Part shown: positions 38,640 through 47,394 of the stretch, piece after piece
Layout: the number at the start of each line of letters is the position of its first letter
How positions within the stretch are numbered: position 1 is the first letter of the stretch
Virus record (IMG/VR): IMGVR_UViG_3300047548_001509
Span: 18,783 to 82,782 of that record
Length of the DNA: 64,000 nt
DNA from: a virus
Direction: 5' to 3' (one strand)
Notes under the pieces: model-generated
The model's input: only the letters and a program-made list of their open reading frames with translations
Told to the model about the DNA's origin: nothing
Databases searched by the model: none
Translations under genes and position numbers: made by a program

Positions 38640-40748
38640 GTGTTTAGAAACTGTTTTTATAACTCTTTTGAAAGAGAAATTGTATTATCGACTTGGGACA
38701 AAGATGGTAAGCGGGTAAAATATAACATACCCTTCGAGCCATATCTATATGTAGAAGATCCAAAAGGTGAATATAAGTCGATATTCAATACTAATTTAGC
38801 AAAGAAAACTTTTCGTAATGGATACGAAAAGAATAAATTTTTACGGGATACTGGAATCAAACGAGTGTTTGGAAATTTCCAACCGGTTCAGCAATTTCTG
38901 ATTGATACATTCTGGAGAGAAAATGAAACTAGAGAATTTTCGCAACACCCATTAAATGTATTGTTTCTAGATATTGAGACAATTTCTGAAACTGACCAAA
39001 CATTCCCAAACCCAGAAGACCCAAATCATCCCATTGTATCACTTGCATGTTACTCAACTCTGTACAAGGAGATGATGTGTTTTGGTATTGGACCATATAC
39101 AGGTAATAAAGCTCATGAGTTCACATATGTGAACTGTAAATCTGAGAAAGAACTTTTCCTGCGATTTATAGAATATCTTCAGAAGGATTACCCTGATCTG
39201 ATGACTGCATACAATGGAGAGATATTTGACTTTCCATATATTATTAATAGATGTACAAGAGTGTGTGGAGAAGATGTAACAAAAAAACTATCACCATTTG
39301 GTAAAATTCGAATCTCTGTTATACCTCCATCAGCTGCTTCCTTTGGTAAAGAGCGAAAGAGATATTTTATTGAAGGTATTGCTGTTGTAGATTACCTGGA
39401 GATTTACAAGAGATTTCAATTATCACCAAGAGACTCATTCAAACTTGATAATATTGCAGAGATTGAACTCGGTGAAAATAAAGTAGATTTTGGGATGATG
39501 TCGCTAACATCATTGATGAAAGAGGACTGGAATAAGTTCATTGAGTATAACGTTCAAGACGTTAATCTTCTTGTTAGATTAGATAATAAGCTTGGGTTTG
39601 TTAACTTACTTAGAATGTTAGCATACACAGGACTTACTAATTTGGATTCTGCAATGGGTTCAATTGTGGTAAATACCGGAGCTTTTGCTATTAAGGCAAA
39701 ACAGCTTGGACAAATATTATCAACATTTGTAAGAAATGATCCAGACAGTACAAACCCCGGGGCATTCGTAGCGGAACCTCAACAAGGATTTCAAGAGCAA
39801 TTCATTTATTTCGATGCAAGTTCCCTATATCCAAATACGATGATTACTCTTAATCTATCCATGGAGACAAAGGTTGGTAGACTTATCGAGAATGATAATA
39901 ATGTGATATTCAGACATGTATCTGGAAAGGAATACCCGATGTCTAGAGAGAAATTTGACATGCTTTGTAATAAAGAGCAGCTTTGTATTTCTAAAAATAA
40001 TATCATTTTTAGTCAAAAAAAGCGTGGAATTATACCAATGTTTCTTGAGGAGAAATATAATGAACGGATCCAAATTAGAAATAAGATGAAGGATCTAAAA
40101 AAGGAGAAACAAAAATATAAAAAGGGAGCTACTCGGATTGATGAAATTGATAGTGAGTTGAAAATTTTAGACGCAAAACAACTATGTATAAAAATTATTA
40201 TTAATTCTGCGTATGGGCTTTTAGGGAATAAGAATGCTGCTGTTGGTGATGATGATCTTGCAGCTGCAATTACTTTAACAGGTCAAGGTGTAATTAAAAA
40301 AGCCGCAAGTATCTACAGCAATTATCTCAAGTTAAATGGAGTTAATATGTCCGACGAACAATGCCGTATCACCGGAGATACTGATAGCTACTCTGGTGAT
40401 ACACTAATTAAAACTAATAAAGGGTTATTTGATGCTGCATCTCTGTGGGATCAATATAATATTTCTAGAAAAGTAGAAACACAAAAATCTGGGCACGAAA
40501 TAATCGATGTTTTTGATTTAGATTTACAGGTTGATACATATGAACATACCACAGGTAATGTTAAAAAGGTCAAGATAAAGAATCTTATTCGACATAAGGT
40601 GAGTAAGCGCAGATTTAAGATTAAAGCCGGTGATAAAGAAATTATAATGACGGAGGACCATGGTTGTATGGTGGTGAGAGATGGTAATTTGATAGAAGTT
40701 AGACCATATGATATTTTAACAACAGATAAAATGGTATTATTGGATTAA
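38640..40748 (+). CDS. gp43: Family B DNA polymerase N-terminal part plus split N-intein
   Basis: Exo DIET, YNGEIFDFPYI, YNVQDV; pol FDASSLYPN, KIIINSAYG, GDTD then intein. Confidence 0.95.
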   Translation: MFRNCFYNSFEREIVLSTWDKDGKRVKYNIPFEPYLYVEDPKGEYKSIFNTNLAKKTFRNGYEKNKFLRDTGIKRVFGNFQPVQQFLIDTFWRENETREFSQHPLNVLFLDIETISETDQTFPNPEDPNHPIVSLACYSTLYKEMMCFGIGPYTGNKAHEFTYVNCKSEKELFLRFIEYLQKDYPDLMTAYNGEIFDFPYIINRCTRVCGEDVTKKLSPFGKIRISVIPPSAASFGKERKRYFIEGIAVVDYLEIYKRFQLSPRDSFKLDNIAEIELGENKVDFGMMSLTSLMKEDWNKFIEYNVQDVNLLVRLDNKLGFVNLLRMLAYTGLTNLDSAMGSIVVNTGAFAIKAKQLGQILSTFVRNDPDSTNPGAFVAEPQQGFQEQFIYFDASSLYPNTMITLNLSMETKVGRLIENDNNVIFRHVSGKEYPMSREKFDMLCNKEQLCISKNNIIFSQKKRGIIPMFLEEKYNERIQIRNKMKDLKKEKQKYKKGATRIDEIDSELKILDAKQLCIKIIINSAYGLLGNKNAAVGDDDLAAAITLTGQGVIKKAASIYSNYLKLNGVNMSDEQCRITGDTDSYSGDTLIKTNKGLFDAASLWDQYNISRKVETQKSGHEIIDVFDLDLQVDTYEHTTGNVKKVKIKNLIRHKVSKRRFKIKAGDKEIIMTEDHGCMVVRDGNLIEVRPYDILTTDKMVLLD
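40386..40745 (+). mobile_element. Split intein N-fragment (120 aa, Ser1) in polymerase motif C
   Basis: SYSGDTLIKT block A right after GDTD; MTEDH block B; ends at stop. Confidence 0.9.
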
Positions 40749-40749
40749 T

Positions 40750-40957
40750 TACTGGGCATGGTAATCCTCGGTTTTTTAATGAGAATGAGATATTGAGAGG
40801 TAATGTAACTGTTAAAGAAAAAAGAGAATGGGATAAAATTAGACTAGATAAAATACATGAAATAACAGGATTTGATATATTGGTTGTATGGGAAATAGAT
40901 TATAGATCAAATAGAGACGAAGTAATAAATCAGTGTAAGAAGTTTTTATATGAGTAA
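40750..40957 (+). pseudogene. Vsr/DUF559-like homing endonuclease C-terminal remnant
   Basis: YW(+1 nt)HGNPRFF...WDKIRLDKIHEITGFDILVVWEIDY...CKKFLYE*; no start codon. Confidence 0.75.
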
Positions 40958-41078
40958 TGTTTTACTAACAAATGTTGAAGTAGAGGAGTTAACACCTTTT
41001 GAGGATGAGTATGTATATGATATGGAGGTTGATTCAGAAGAACATACATTTTTCGCGAATGATATATTAATACATAAC
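40950..41078 (+). mobile_element. Split intein C-fragment (43 aa, ends His-Asn, Ser+1)
   Basis: Block F YVYDMEV, block G ILIHN|S. Confidence 0.9.
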
Positions 41079-41918
41079 TCCTGTGTGTTGAAAATGAAAG
41101 AGTTGCTAAGTCTAAAAGGTATAAAATTTCAGAATGAAGATGGTACCCTCACAAAGGAAGTATATGAAGAAGCTCAAAAAATTGAACAGTATCTTAATAC
41201 AAAAATCAATGAATGGGCGAGAGCAGAACTAAAATCTAATGACCCTAGATTCTCATTTAAGAGGGAATTAATTGGATCTTGTGGGTTGTTTCTGGCCAAG
41301 AAAAGATACGTTCTTCATATGCTTGATGACGAAGGTATACCATGTAGTAAATACAAGTATACTGGTGTTGAGGTTGTAAGAACAACAATGCCAAAGCAAA
41401 TTAAGCCGTATGCAAAGAAGATTATTGAAACAATGATTTCAACAAAGTCTAGAGCAGAAGTAGATAAAGTTGTTCAGGAGTGTTATGAGATATTCAAAAC
41501 ACTTCCAATTAAAGATCTTGCTTTTGTTATGGGTATTAAAGGATACAGAAAATACACAAGCAGCTTAACAGATTTTAACATCCCTTCTGGTACAGGTACA
41601 CCGGTTCATGTTAAATCAGCGTATTATTATAATAAATTCCTAAAAGAGTTTAACATTGAAAACAAGTACGAAACTATTAATGATGGTGATAAGTGTAGGT
41701 TTTTTTATGTTGAACAACCAAACAAATATAGAATTGAGTCATGTGGTTTTAAGTATGAATGGCCTGAAGAATTAAACGATATTATAAAAATTGATCATGA
41801 GAAAATGTTTAACAAAATTCTATTCTCAATGATTGAAAGATTTTATGATTGTGTATCATGGCAAATAAGAAAACCAAGCGAAAATGTTAGAGTAGAACTA
41901 GTGGATTTGTTTGGTTAA
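40950..41918 (+). CDS. gp43: Split C-intein plus DNA polymerase C-terminal part
   Basis: VYDMEV...ILIHN|SCVL then FKRE, AKKRYVL, TGVEVVR, PVHVKSA. Confidence 0.95.
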   Translation: MSNVLLTNVEVEELTPFEDEYVYDMEVDSEEHTFFANDILIHNSCVLKMKELLSLKGIKFQNEDGTLTKEVYEEAQKIEQYLNTKINEWARAELKSNDPRFSFKRELIGSCGLFLAKKRYVLHMLDDEGIPCSKYKYTGVEVVRTTMPKQIKPYAKKIIETMISTKSRAEVDKVVQECYEIFKTLPIKDLAFVMGIKGYRKYTSSLTDFNIPSGTGTPVHVKSAYYYNKFLKEFNIENKYETINDGDKCRFFYVEQPNKYRIESCGFKYEWPEELNDIIKIDHEKMFNKILFSMIERFYDCVSWQIRKPSENVRVELVDLFG

Positions 41919-41937
41919 TAAGCTATAATATTCATAT

Positions 41938-42279
41938 ATGAAAAAGAAATTAGTAACTCTAATTGATTCGGTTGGTCGCTATATTATCGGTGAGCTTAAA
42001 AGTGAAGACGAGTCGTCAATTACTCTAAAAACACCCGTAATGCTTAATGTTCAACCTGATCCAAACACAGGTAAGCTCCATGTACAAACATATCCACTTT
42101 TCTTTAAGGAGTTCCTTGTTAAGGGTTCGGATAATCTTTGGACCTATGCAAAGTCTTCTGTTGTTATTGGAAATTTAGAACTTGATGCGCAGCTTGTGCA
42201 GCAATATAATAATATTGCAAACCCTCAAGAACTTTCTAAACCAACCGATTCTAAAGTAATTAAACTTTTTGAAGATTAA
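41938..42279 (+). CDS. Hypothetical protein (possibly Sm-like fold)
   Basis: GRYIIGEL...ITLKTPV beta-rich pattern. Confidence 0.55.
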   Translation: MKKKLVTLIDSVGRYIIGELKSEDESSITLKTPVMLNVQPDPNTGKLHVQTYPLFFKEFLVKGSDNLWTYAKSSVVIGNLELDAQLVQQYNNIANPQELSKPTDSKVIKLFED

Positions 42280-42592
42280 TATGTACAGAGACCCATACAA
42301 AGATTGTACAATAAAAAAATCTAAATTAAATCCCTTAACACCCTGTTCTTCTTGGGATGAAATAGCAGGTAGAATTGCAGTTCTTAAAGAAAATCTCTGC
42401 ATAATATCTGAACTAGCACATTTTGTTGATGAAAGAACGATACAGTATAGATCACAGGGAGTAGAAAGTGTATTACCTGAAGAGCTACCACAAAAGTATA
42501 TAGATATACCAATATGCAAAACTATTCAGGAGCTGATTGATATTGCTATTCGAATAAAAGAAAAACTTAGTTATATTAACGATACTTTATAA
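42269..42592 (+). CDS. Hypothetical protein
   Basis: 107-aa ORF filling the gap. Confidence 0.5.
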   Translation: MKINMYRDPYKDCTIKKSKLNPLTPCSSWDEIAGRIAVLKENLCIISELAHFVDERTIQYRSQGVESVLPEELPQKYIDIPICKTIQELIDIAIRIKEKLSYINDTL

Positions 42593-42840
42593 TGGAAAAA
42601 GATGTATTACAAGCGCTAAGTTCAATTGACGAAGTAAATCCATACGCTTCGTTTTTGAACGAGAGTACACTATCAAATATTGATGGGTATATTGATACAG
42701 GTTCATATGTCTTAAATGCATTGATTTCTGGATCGATTCATGGTGGTATCCCTATGGGAAGGGTTACAATTTTTGGAGGCCCAAGCCAATGTATAACAGC
42801 TTCACAAAAAATAAAAGTATATGAGATGAAAACCATGTAG
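42592..42840 (+). CDS. uvsX: UvsX/RecA N-terminal part plus 16-aa split N-intein (42790-42837)
   Basis: IDTGSYVLNALISG...GGIPMGRVTIFGGPSQ|CITASQKIKVYEMKTM*. Confidence 0.9.
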   Translation: MEKDVLQALSSIDEVNPYASFLNESTLSNIDGYIDTGSYVLNALISGSIHGGIPMGRVTIFGGPSQCITASQKIKVYEMKTM

Positions 42841-43056
42841 TCGCAGGACAATCCCTTTATTACTGTAGAGGAGAGTGTCAGAAAAGATACATATAAACAA
42901 CAACTAGCAAACAAAAATGGGTTTTTAGTTATAACAGTTTGGGAGAATGACAATTTAACACACAAACTTAAGGAACTGGTGGAATTAATAGAAAAACACA
43001 TTATAATTAATAATGGAGACAATTCAGAAACTAAAAGAACTACAATACTACTATAG
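42841..43056 (+). pseudogene. Second Vsr/DUF559-like endonuclease C-terminal remnant
   Basis: SQDNPFITVEESVRKDTYKQQLANKNGFLVITVWEND...*; no start. Confidence 0.65.
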
Positions 43057-44440
43057 TATTGAAAAAATTAGTGAAATTACAAATATACATCACCAAACAT
43101 TATTAAAATCTATAAAAAACAACAGGTTTACAAAAAAACTATCACAATTGATTGATATAGCTTTTAACCATCATTGTGATAGTTTTGGGGTTTTTAAGTC
43201 TATTCCAGAAATTATGGATACATCTGCTAAGTATGTAGTAGACACACCTGATGGTTTTCAACTAATAAAGAATTTTATAACCAAAAATGTTCAGCCATGT
43301 GTTCGACTAACAACCTCTAAAGGTGCCATGATTGAATGTTCGTCAAAGCATCTAATTGAATGTATTGGTGATGAAAGATGGGTATTTGCTGGTGATCTTA
43401 GAGAACAACAGGTAGTAACACAACTCGGTCCTGATTTTATTACGCTTTTGGAACCGATTGAAGATCAGGTTGTATATGACTTTGAAGTAGAACACCCGGA
43501 ACATCGCTATTGGAGCGGTGGGTTTAGTAATCACAATACCGGAAAATCGCTCTTTGTTCTCAAGATTCTTGCTAATGCACAGAAACGAGGTTTAATACCC
43601 GTTATATTCGATACTGAAAATGCTATTGATTCTGTTTCTGCAGAAAGAATTGGTCTTGATCCATCGAAAATTAAATACGTTCCTTGTGTTACTATTGAAC
43701 AAACACGAAATGCAATTTTTAAATTTCTCAATTCTGTAAAAGAAAAAGGTTTAGAAGGGAAGTTTATTATTGCTATTGATTCATTAGGTAATTTACAATC
43801 ACAACAAGAGATGTCTCGGATGGAGAAAGAATCTTCTTCAGCAGACATGGGGTCAACAGCACGTGCAATGAAATCATTGATGAAGACCCTTACAAACTTG
43901 TGTGGTCTTACAAAGACAACTGCTATTTGTACAAATCATGTTTATGATGATCCAAGTGCAATGTTTCCGTCATTAGAGAAAAATATGCCTGGTGGTAGAT
44001 CTGTTGTATATCTTCCATCAGTTACTGTTCAGTTAGCCCGCAAACCTGTAAAAGCAGATGGTGGTAAAACTATTGATGATGAATTAGAAGCAGGTCAGAA
44101 AAATTATTCTGGTGTCGTGTTGAGAGCACTTACAGTGAAGAATAGATTTATTAGACAATATCTTGAAGGTGAGATGTACTTATCATTTACATCCGGTCTT
44201 GATAGATACTATGGTCTTTTAGATCTCTGTGTTGGTTTTGGAATCATTTTACAGACAGGATCAACATATACTCTTGCTGATGGAACAAAGCTTGGTTTCT
44301 ATAAGAACTTTCGCAAGAACGTTGATTTGTGGGAAAAAACTCTTCTTCCAGAACTTGAAAAGGTAATTAAAGAAAAGTGGGCTTATTCACAAGGTGAGCA
44401 GATCCCAGACGAAACTGAAGACGTACCAGACGAAGAATAA
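43013..44440 (+). CDS. uvsX: Split C-intein (43013-43537) plus UvsX/RecA C-terminal part
   Basis: VDTPDGF, IECSSKH, VYDFEV...SNHN|TGKS; then FDTENA, IDSLGNL, NHVY, PGG. Confidence 0.92.
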   Translation: METIQKLKELQYYYSIEKISEITNIHHQTLLKSIKNNRFTKKLSQLIDIAFNHHCDSFGVFKSIPEIMDTSAKYVVDTPDGFQLIKNFITKNVQPCVRLTTSKGAMIECSSKHLIECIGDERWVFAGDLREQQVVTQLGPDFITLLEPIEDQVVYDFEVEHPEHRYWSGGFSNHNTGKSLFVLKILANAQKRGLIPVIFDTENAIDSVSAERIGLDPSKIKYVPCVTIEQTRNAIFKFLNSVKEKGLEGKFIIAIDSLGNLQSQQEMSRMEKESSSADMGSTARAMKSLMKTLTNLCGLTKTTAICTNHVYDDPSAMFPSLEKNMPGGRSVVYLPSVTVQLARKPVKADGGKTIDDELEAGQKNYSGVVLRALTVKNRFIRQYLEGEMYLSFTSGLDRYYGLLDLCVGFGIILQTGSTYTLADGTKLGFYKNFRKNVDLWEKTLLPELEKVIKEKWAYSQGEQIPDETEDVPDEE

Positions 44441-44457
44441 ACACATAATTAAATTTA

Positions 44458-44488
44458 GGGAGGTGGTTTATATCACCTCCCTTTTTTT
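44458..44488 (+). terminator. Rho-independent terminator after uvsX
   Basis: GGGAGGTG-N8-CACCTCCC hairpin then T7. Confidence 0.85.
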
Positions 44489-44489
44489 G

Positions 44490-44497
44490 TATAAATA
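44490..44497 (+). promoter_or_regulatory. T4-type late promoter TATAAATA
   Basis: Exact consensus directly after the terminator, 5 nt before ATG 44503. Confidence 0.8.
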
Positions 44498-44502
44498 TCA
44501 AT

Positions 44503-44775
44503 ATGCAAATTTTAAAGATTTTGATGCTGGTTCTAGTGGTTGGTTGTACAACTACAAAACCACAAGGACTTCAAAGTAACTTTGTTTTTTCAAAAGCATA
44601 TGTTGAATTGTCTTATATTTCAAGAGACAAAACTGAGTTACAACAACTATTAACTATTGTGGAATCAAATGCAACACCACAAAAGAAATTTAACGAGTGG
44701 GATTCAAAATTTGATGACAAAGTTAAGGTTGAAGTTTTGAAAAAATATATCAAAGAAGGACACAGAGGATTATGA
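44503..44775 (+). CDS. Small lipoprotein
   Basis: MQILKILMLVLVVGC lipobox-like signal. Confidence 0.6.
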   Translation: MQILKILMLVLVVGCTTTKPQGLQSNFVFSKAYVELSYISRDKTELQQLLTIVESNATPQKKFNEWDSKFDDKVKVEVLKKYIKEGHRGL

Positions 44776-45524
44776 GAGTAAAATTAAAAAGTGAAAATTT
44801 CCGGTTTGTAAGACCATCTCTACCAGATAGTAGAGACATTGTTTATAAAACATCAGTGACAGCAGTATCAGAACATTCTCTAGAAGAGTTTAGAGGTCCT
44901 ATATTAGACCAAGGCTCATATGGTGCTTGTACAGGGTTTGGTACTGCAGGAATGTTAAGATCAACGTTTAAGAGACTAACAGATCTCGAAGTTGACTTTA
45001 ATCCATGGTTCATTTATTATAATGCTCGTTCTCGTTCGGGATGGCGTTATAAAGATGAAGGAGCTTACCCGCGAGAAGTGTTTAAGTCGTTGGTTAGGGA
45101 TGGAGTTATTGAAGATTCGAAGTGGAACCCACAAAATAAAATTAAGGAAGATCCTCCTAAATTTAGCGATGCTGATTTAATTAAGTTTAAGTCATATAAG
45201 AGATTTGAGCTTAAAAACATGGAACAGATTCAAAGAGATTTTTCAAATTTCATTAGTGTTGAAAAAATGCCTATTGGAATTGCAATGATCATTAACGAAA
45301 AATCTACAGCTGAAGCTGGTAAATCCGGGGTGTTTAATGTATATAAAAATGATGAGTCTCTAGGGGCCCATTGGGTATATGCAGATAAAGTAAACCAAAA
45401 CGGGATTACATTAGTAAACTCTTGGTCAAAACGCTGGGGTAAAAATGGTACAGCTATTGTACCATGGGATATTTTCCCTCATATTATATTTGAAGCATGG
45501 TCTTTAGATCCTGCGCTTCCTTGA
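44772..45524 (+). CDS. Papain-family (C1) cysteine peptidase
   Basis: DQGSYGACTGF (Q, C), GAHWV (H), VNSWSKRWGKNG (N). Confidence 0.88.
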   Translation: MRVKLKSENFRFVRPSLPDSRDIVYKTSVTAVSEHSLEEFRGPILDQGSYGACTGFGTAGMLRSTFKRLTDLEVDFNPWFIYYNARSRSGWRYKDEGAYPREVFKSLVRDGVIEDSKWNPQNKIKEDPPKFSDADLIKFKSYKRFELKNMEQIQRDFSNFISVEKMPIGIAMIINEKSTAEAGKSGVFNVYKNDESLGAHWVYADKVNQNGITLVNSWSKRWGKNGTAIVPWDIFPHIIFEAWSLDPALP

Positions 45525-45553
45525 CTTTTTAGGAAATATCATATAATTCAAGA

Positions 45554-46282
45554 ATGTTAAATAAGTGTGTATTAGCCTTATCTGGTGGGTTAGACTCTAC
45601 AGTTCTTCTACATAAAGCATGTCAGGAATTTGATAAAGTACATTGTGTGTTTTTTGATTATGGTCAGAGGCATAGAAGAGAACTAGATTGTGCATGTGAT
45701 CAGATTTGCATTGTAAATGCAAAAAATCATAAAGTAGATCTAATTACAATACCTGTACCCCTTCGAACTATTGCACCAATTAGTTCTCTTACTTCAGATG
45801 AAGTTGATACGCCTGACGTGAGAAATATGCTCGGTGAAGCTCAACCAGTATCATATGTCCCATTTCGAAATCTAATATTCCTATCAATGCTTTTGTCTTA
45901 TGCTGAGAGTGTTGATGCAAAAACGGTCTGGTATGGAGCAGCCGGTGTGGATACAGTAAGTGGTTATTGGGACTGCACTACAGACTTTGTTGATAGACTG
46001 AATGGGGTATCAGAACTTAACAGAGAACATCAGATTAAAATTGAAGCTCCTCTTATCAATTTATCAAAGAAAGAAATTATTGAACTTGGTGTCAATTTGA
46101 AGGTAGACTTTAGTAAAACCTGGACATGCTACAGTGGAGAAGATAAAGCCAACCCATATACACCATCTTCTTCTTCAAGACTCAGAGGTTTTGTCGATGC
46201 TGGTTATATTGACCCTATTGAATACGCCCAGGATCTTACAAATTTCTGGGAGAAAAATAACTGTAAGAAGATAGAATATTAA
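45554..46282 (+). CDS. queC: 7-cyano-7-deazaguanine synthase
   Basis: LSGGLDST, FDYGQRH, YVPFRNLIFLS, YWDC, TWTCY. Confidence 0.9.
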   Translation: MLNKCVLALSGGLDSTVLLHKACQEFDKVHCVFFDYGQRHRRELDCACDQICIVNAKNHKVDLITIPVPLRTIAPISSLTSDEVDTPDVRNMLGEAQPVSYVPFRNLIFLSMLLSYAESVDAKTVWYGAAGVDTVSGYWDCTTDFVDRLNGVSELNREHQIKIEAPLINLSKKEIIELGVNLKVDFSKTWTCYSGEDKANPYTPSSSSRLRGFVDAGYIDPIEYAQDLTNFWEKNNCKKIEY

Positions 46283-47322
46283 ATTCTAAACTGCTCGTTC
46301 TGGAGTTGAATTTGTTGCCATATAGTCTTAGGCTTATATAGGTCTCTATTTGTAACAAATTTCACTTCTTTCTTCTTATAGCTCTCTTTGACAGGCTCTT
46401 CTTCGTCTTCAAAACGTTGCTCATCAGGTTGGCCAAAACTACCCATTCCATATCCTTGATCATCTACACCGGCTTTTTGAGAAAATGTTTTTGGTTTTTC
46501 TTCAGCACCACCAAAATCAAATTCCCCTGGAGCGTGAACAATAACTTCAAAGTCAACTGTATCAATACCTAGTACTTTAGAAAGCGTTTGTTTAAGAGAT
46601 TTTTCCACTTTCTCAGCCCCGGCTTTTTTAATAGTCTGTGTAATAATACTATCTCCACTAAATTCAAAATCAGCTGAATTTTCCCCGGCATCAAGTTCTG
46701 GAGCATTTCCACCATTAACTTTTGTCAAATACGTATTAAGCTTTTGAACGTCAATAGGTAAGTCTTCACCCCACACAATTTCAATAATTGAGGTATCAGC
46801 TGTAAACGAAGAAGTTGGTGATATATCATCTGCTGCAGATTGCTTTTGTTGTTTGCCTTCAAGTTTTTTAGCTTCTCTCTCAGCTTTTAATTCTTCCGCA
46901 GTTTTAACAGTCTTAAATTGTTGGAAATCATCTTTAGAGCCAAAAGTTTTACCAACCATTTCACCTTTACCTCTTGTACGAACTTGTTGTAAACGTGCTA
47001 AAAATTGACCAAGTTTGTCTTGAGTATATTGTCTAAATTCATCAGCAATTTCATCTTTAACGACACCACTATCAACGAGGTTTTTGATAAATTCCCCAGC
47101 TTCAGCAGCATAACGTGCACCAGCAAATGCTGTGCCCTCTGGTACTAGTCCTTTTTCTTGAAGAAATTCAATAATAAATTTAAACATGATAGGTCTTGCA
47201 ACACCAAGCTTTTTGTCTTCAATAGCTTTACGAAGATAACCAGTTTGGAAAAGTGTTTCAAATCTACTTGTACGAGCTTCGTTAAGTACTTCTGCTCTTT
47301 TTGTAATTTTTTCAAAAATCAT
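46279..47322 (-). CDS. Hypothetical late protein, possible internal head protein
   Basis: TATAAATA upstream; charged, low-complexity; LNE and VKES possible prohead-protease sites. Confidence 0.55.
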   Translation of the reverse strand: MIFEKITKRAEVLNEARTSRFETLFQTGYLRKAIEDKKLGVARPIMFKFIIEFLQEKGLVPEGTAFAGARYAAEAGEFIKNLVDSGVVKDEIADEFRQYTQDKLGQFLARLQQVRTRGKGEMVGKTFGSKDDFQQFKTVKTAEELKAEREAKKLEGKQQKQSAADDISPTSSFTADTSIIEIVWGEDLPIDVQKLNTYLTKVNGGNAPELDAGENSADFEFSGDSIITQTIKKAGAEKVEKSLKQTLSKVLGIDTVDFEVIVHAPGEFDFGGAEEKPKTFSQKAGVDDQGYGMGSFGQPDEQRFEDEEEPVKESYKKKEVKFVTNRDLYKPKTIWQQIQLQNEQFRI

Positions 47323-47327
47323 GTATA

Positions 47328-47335
47328 TATTTATA
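47328..47335 (-). promoter_or_regulatory. T4-type late promoter TATAAATA
   Basis: Exact consensus 5 nt before ATG at 47322. Confidence 0.75.
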
Positions 47336-47394
47336 GGAAAGCATGTAAGATTATAGAATATAGATTTAATAGAGAAAAGATGTAAATAATTTCA

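Noticed and set aside
40749-40949. Group I intron or assembly error splitting the polymerase
   Set aside because: Intein blocks A/B and F/G flank the gap and the 200-nt gap encodes an endonuclease tail; no intron core recognised
42838-43056. TAG read-through or recoding, since the remnant is in frame with uvsX-N
   Set aside because: TAG ends other clear genes (e.g. uvsW at 34072), long ORFs are intact in the standard code, and read-through would not join the C-half frame
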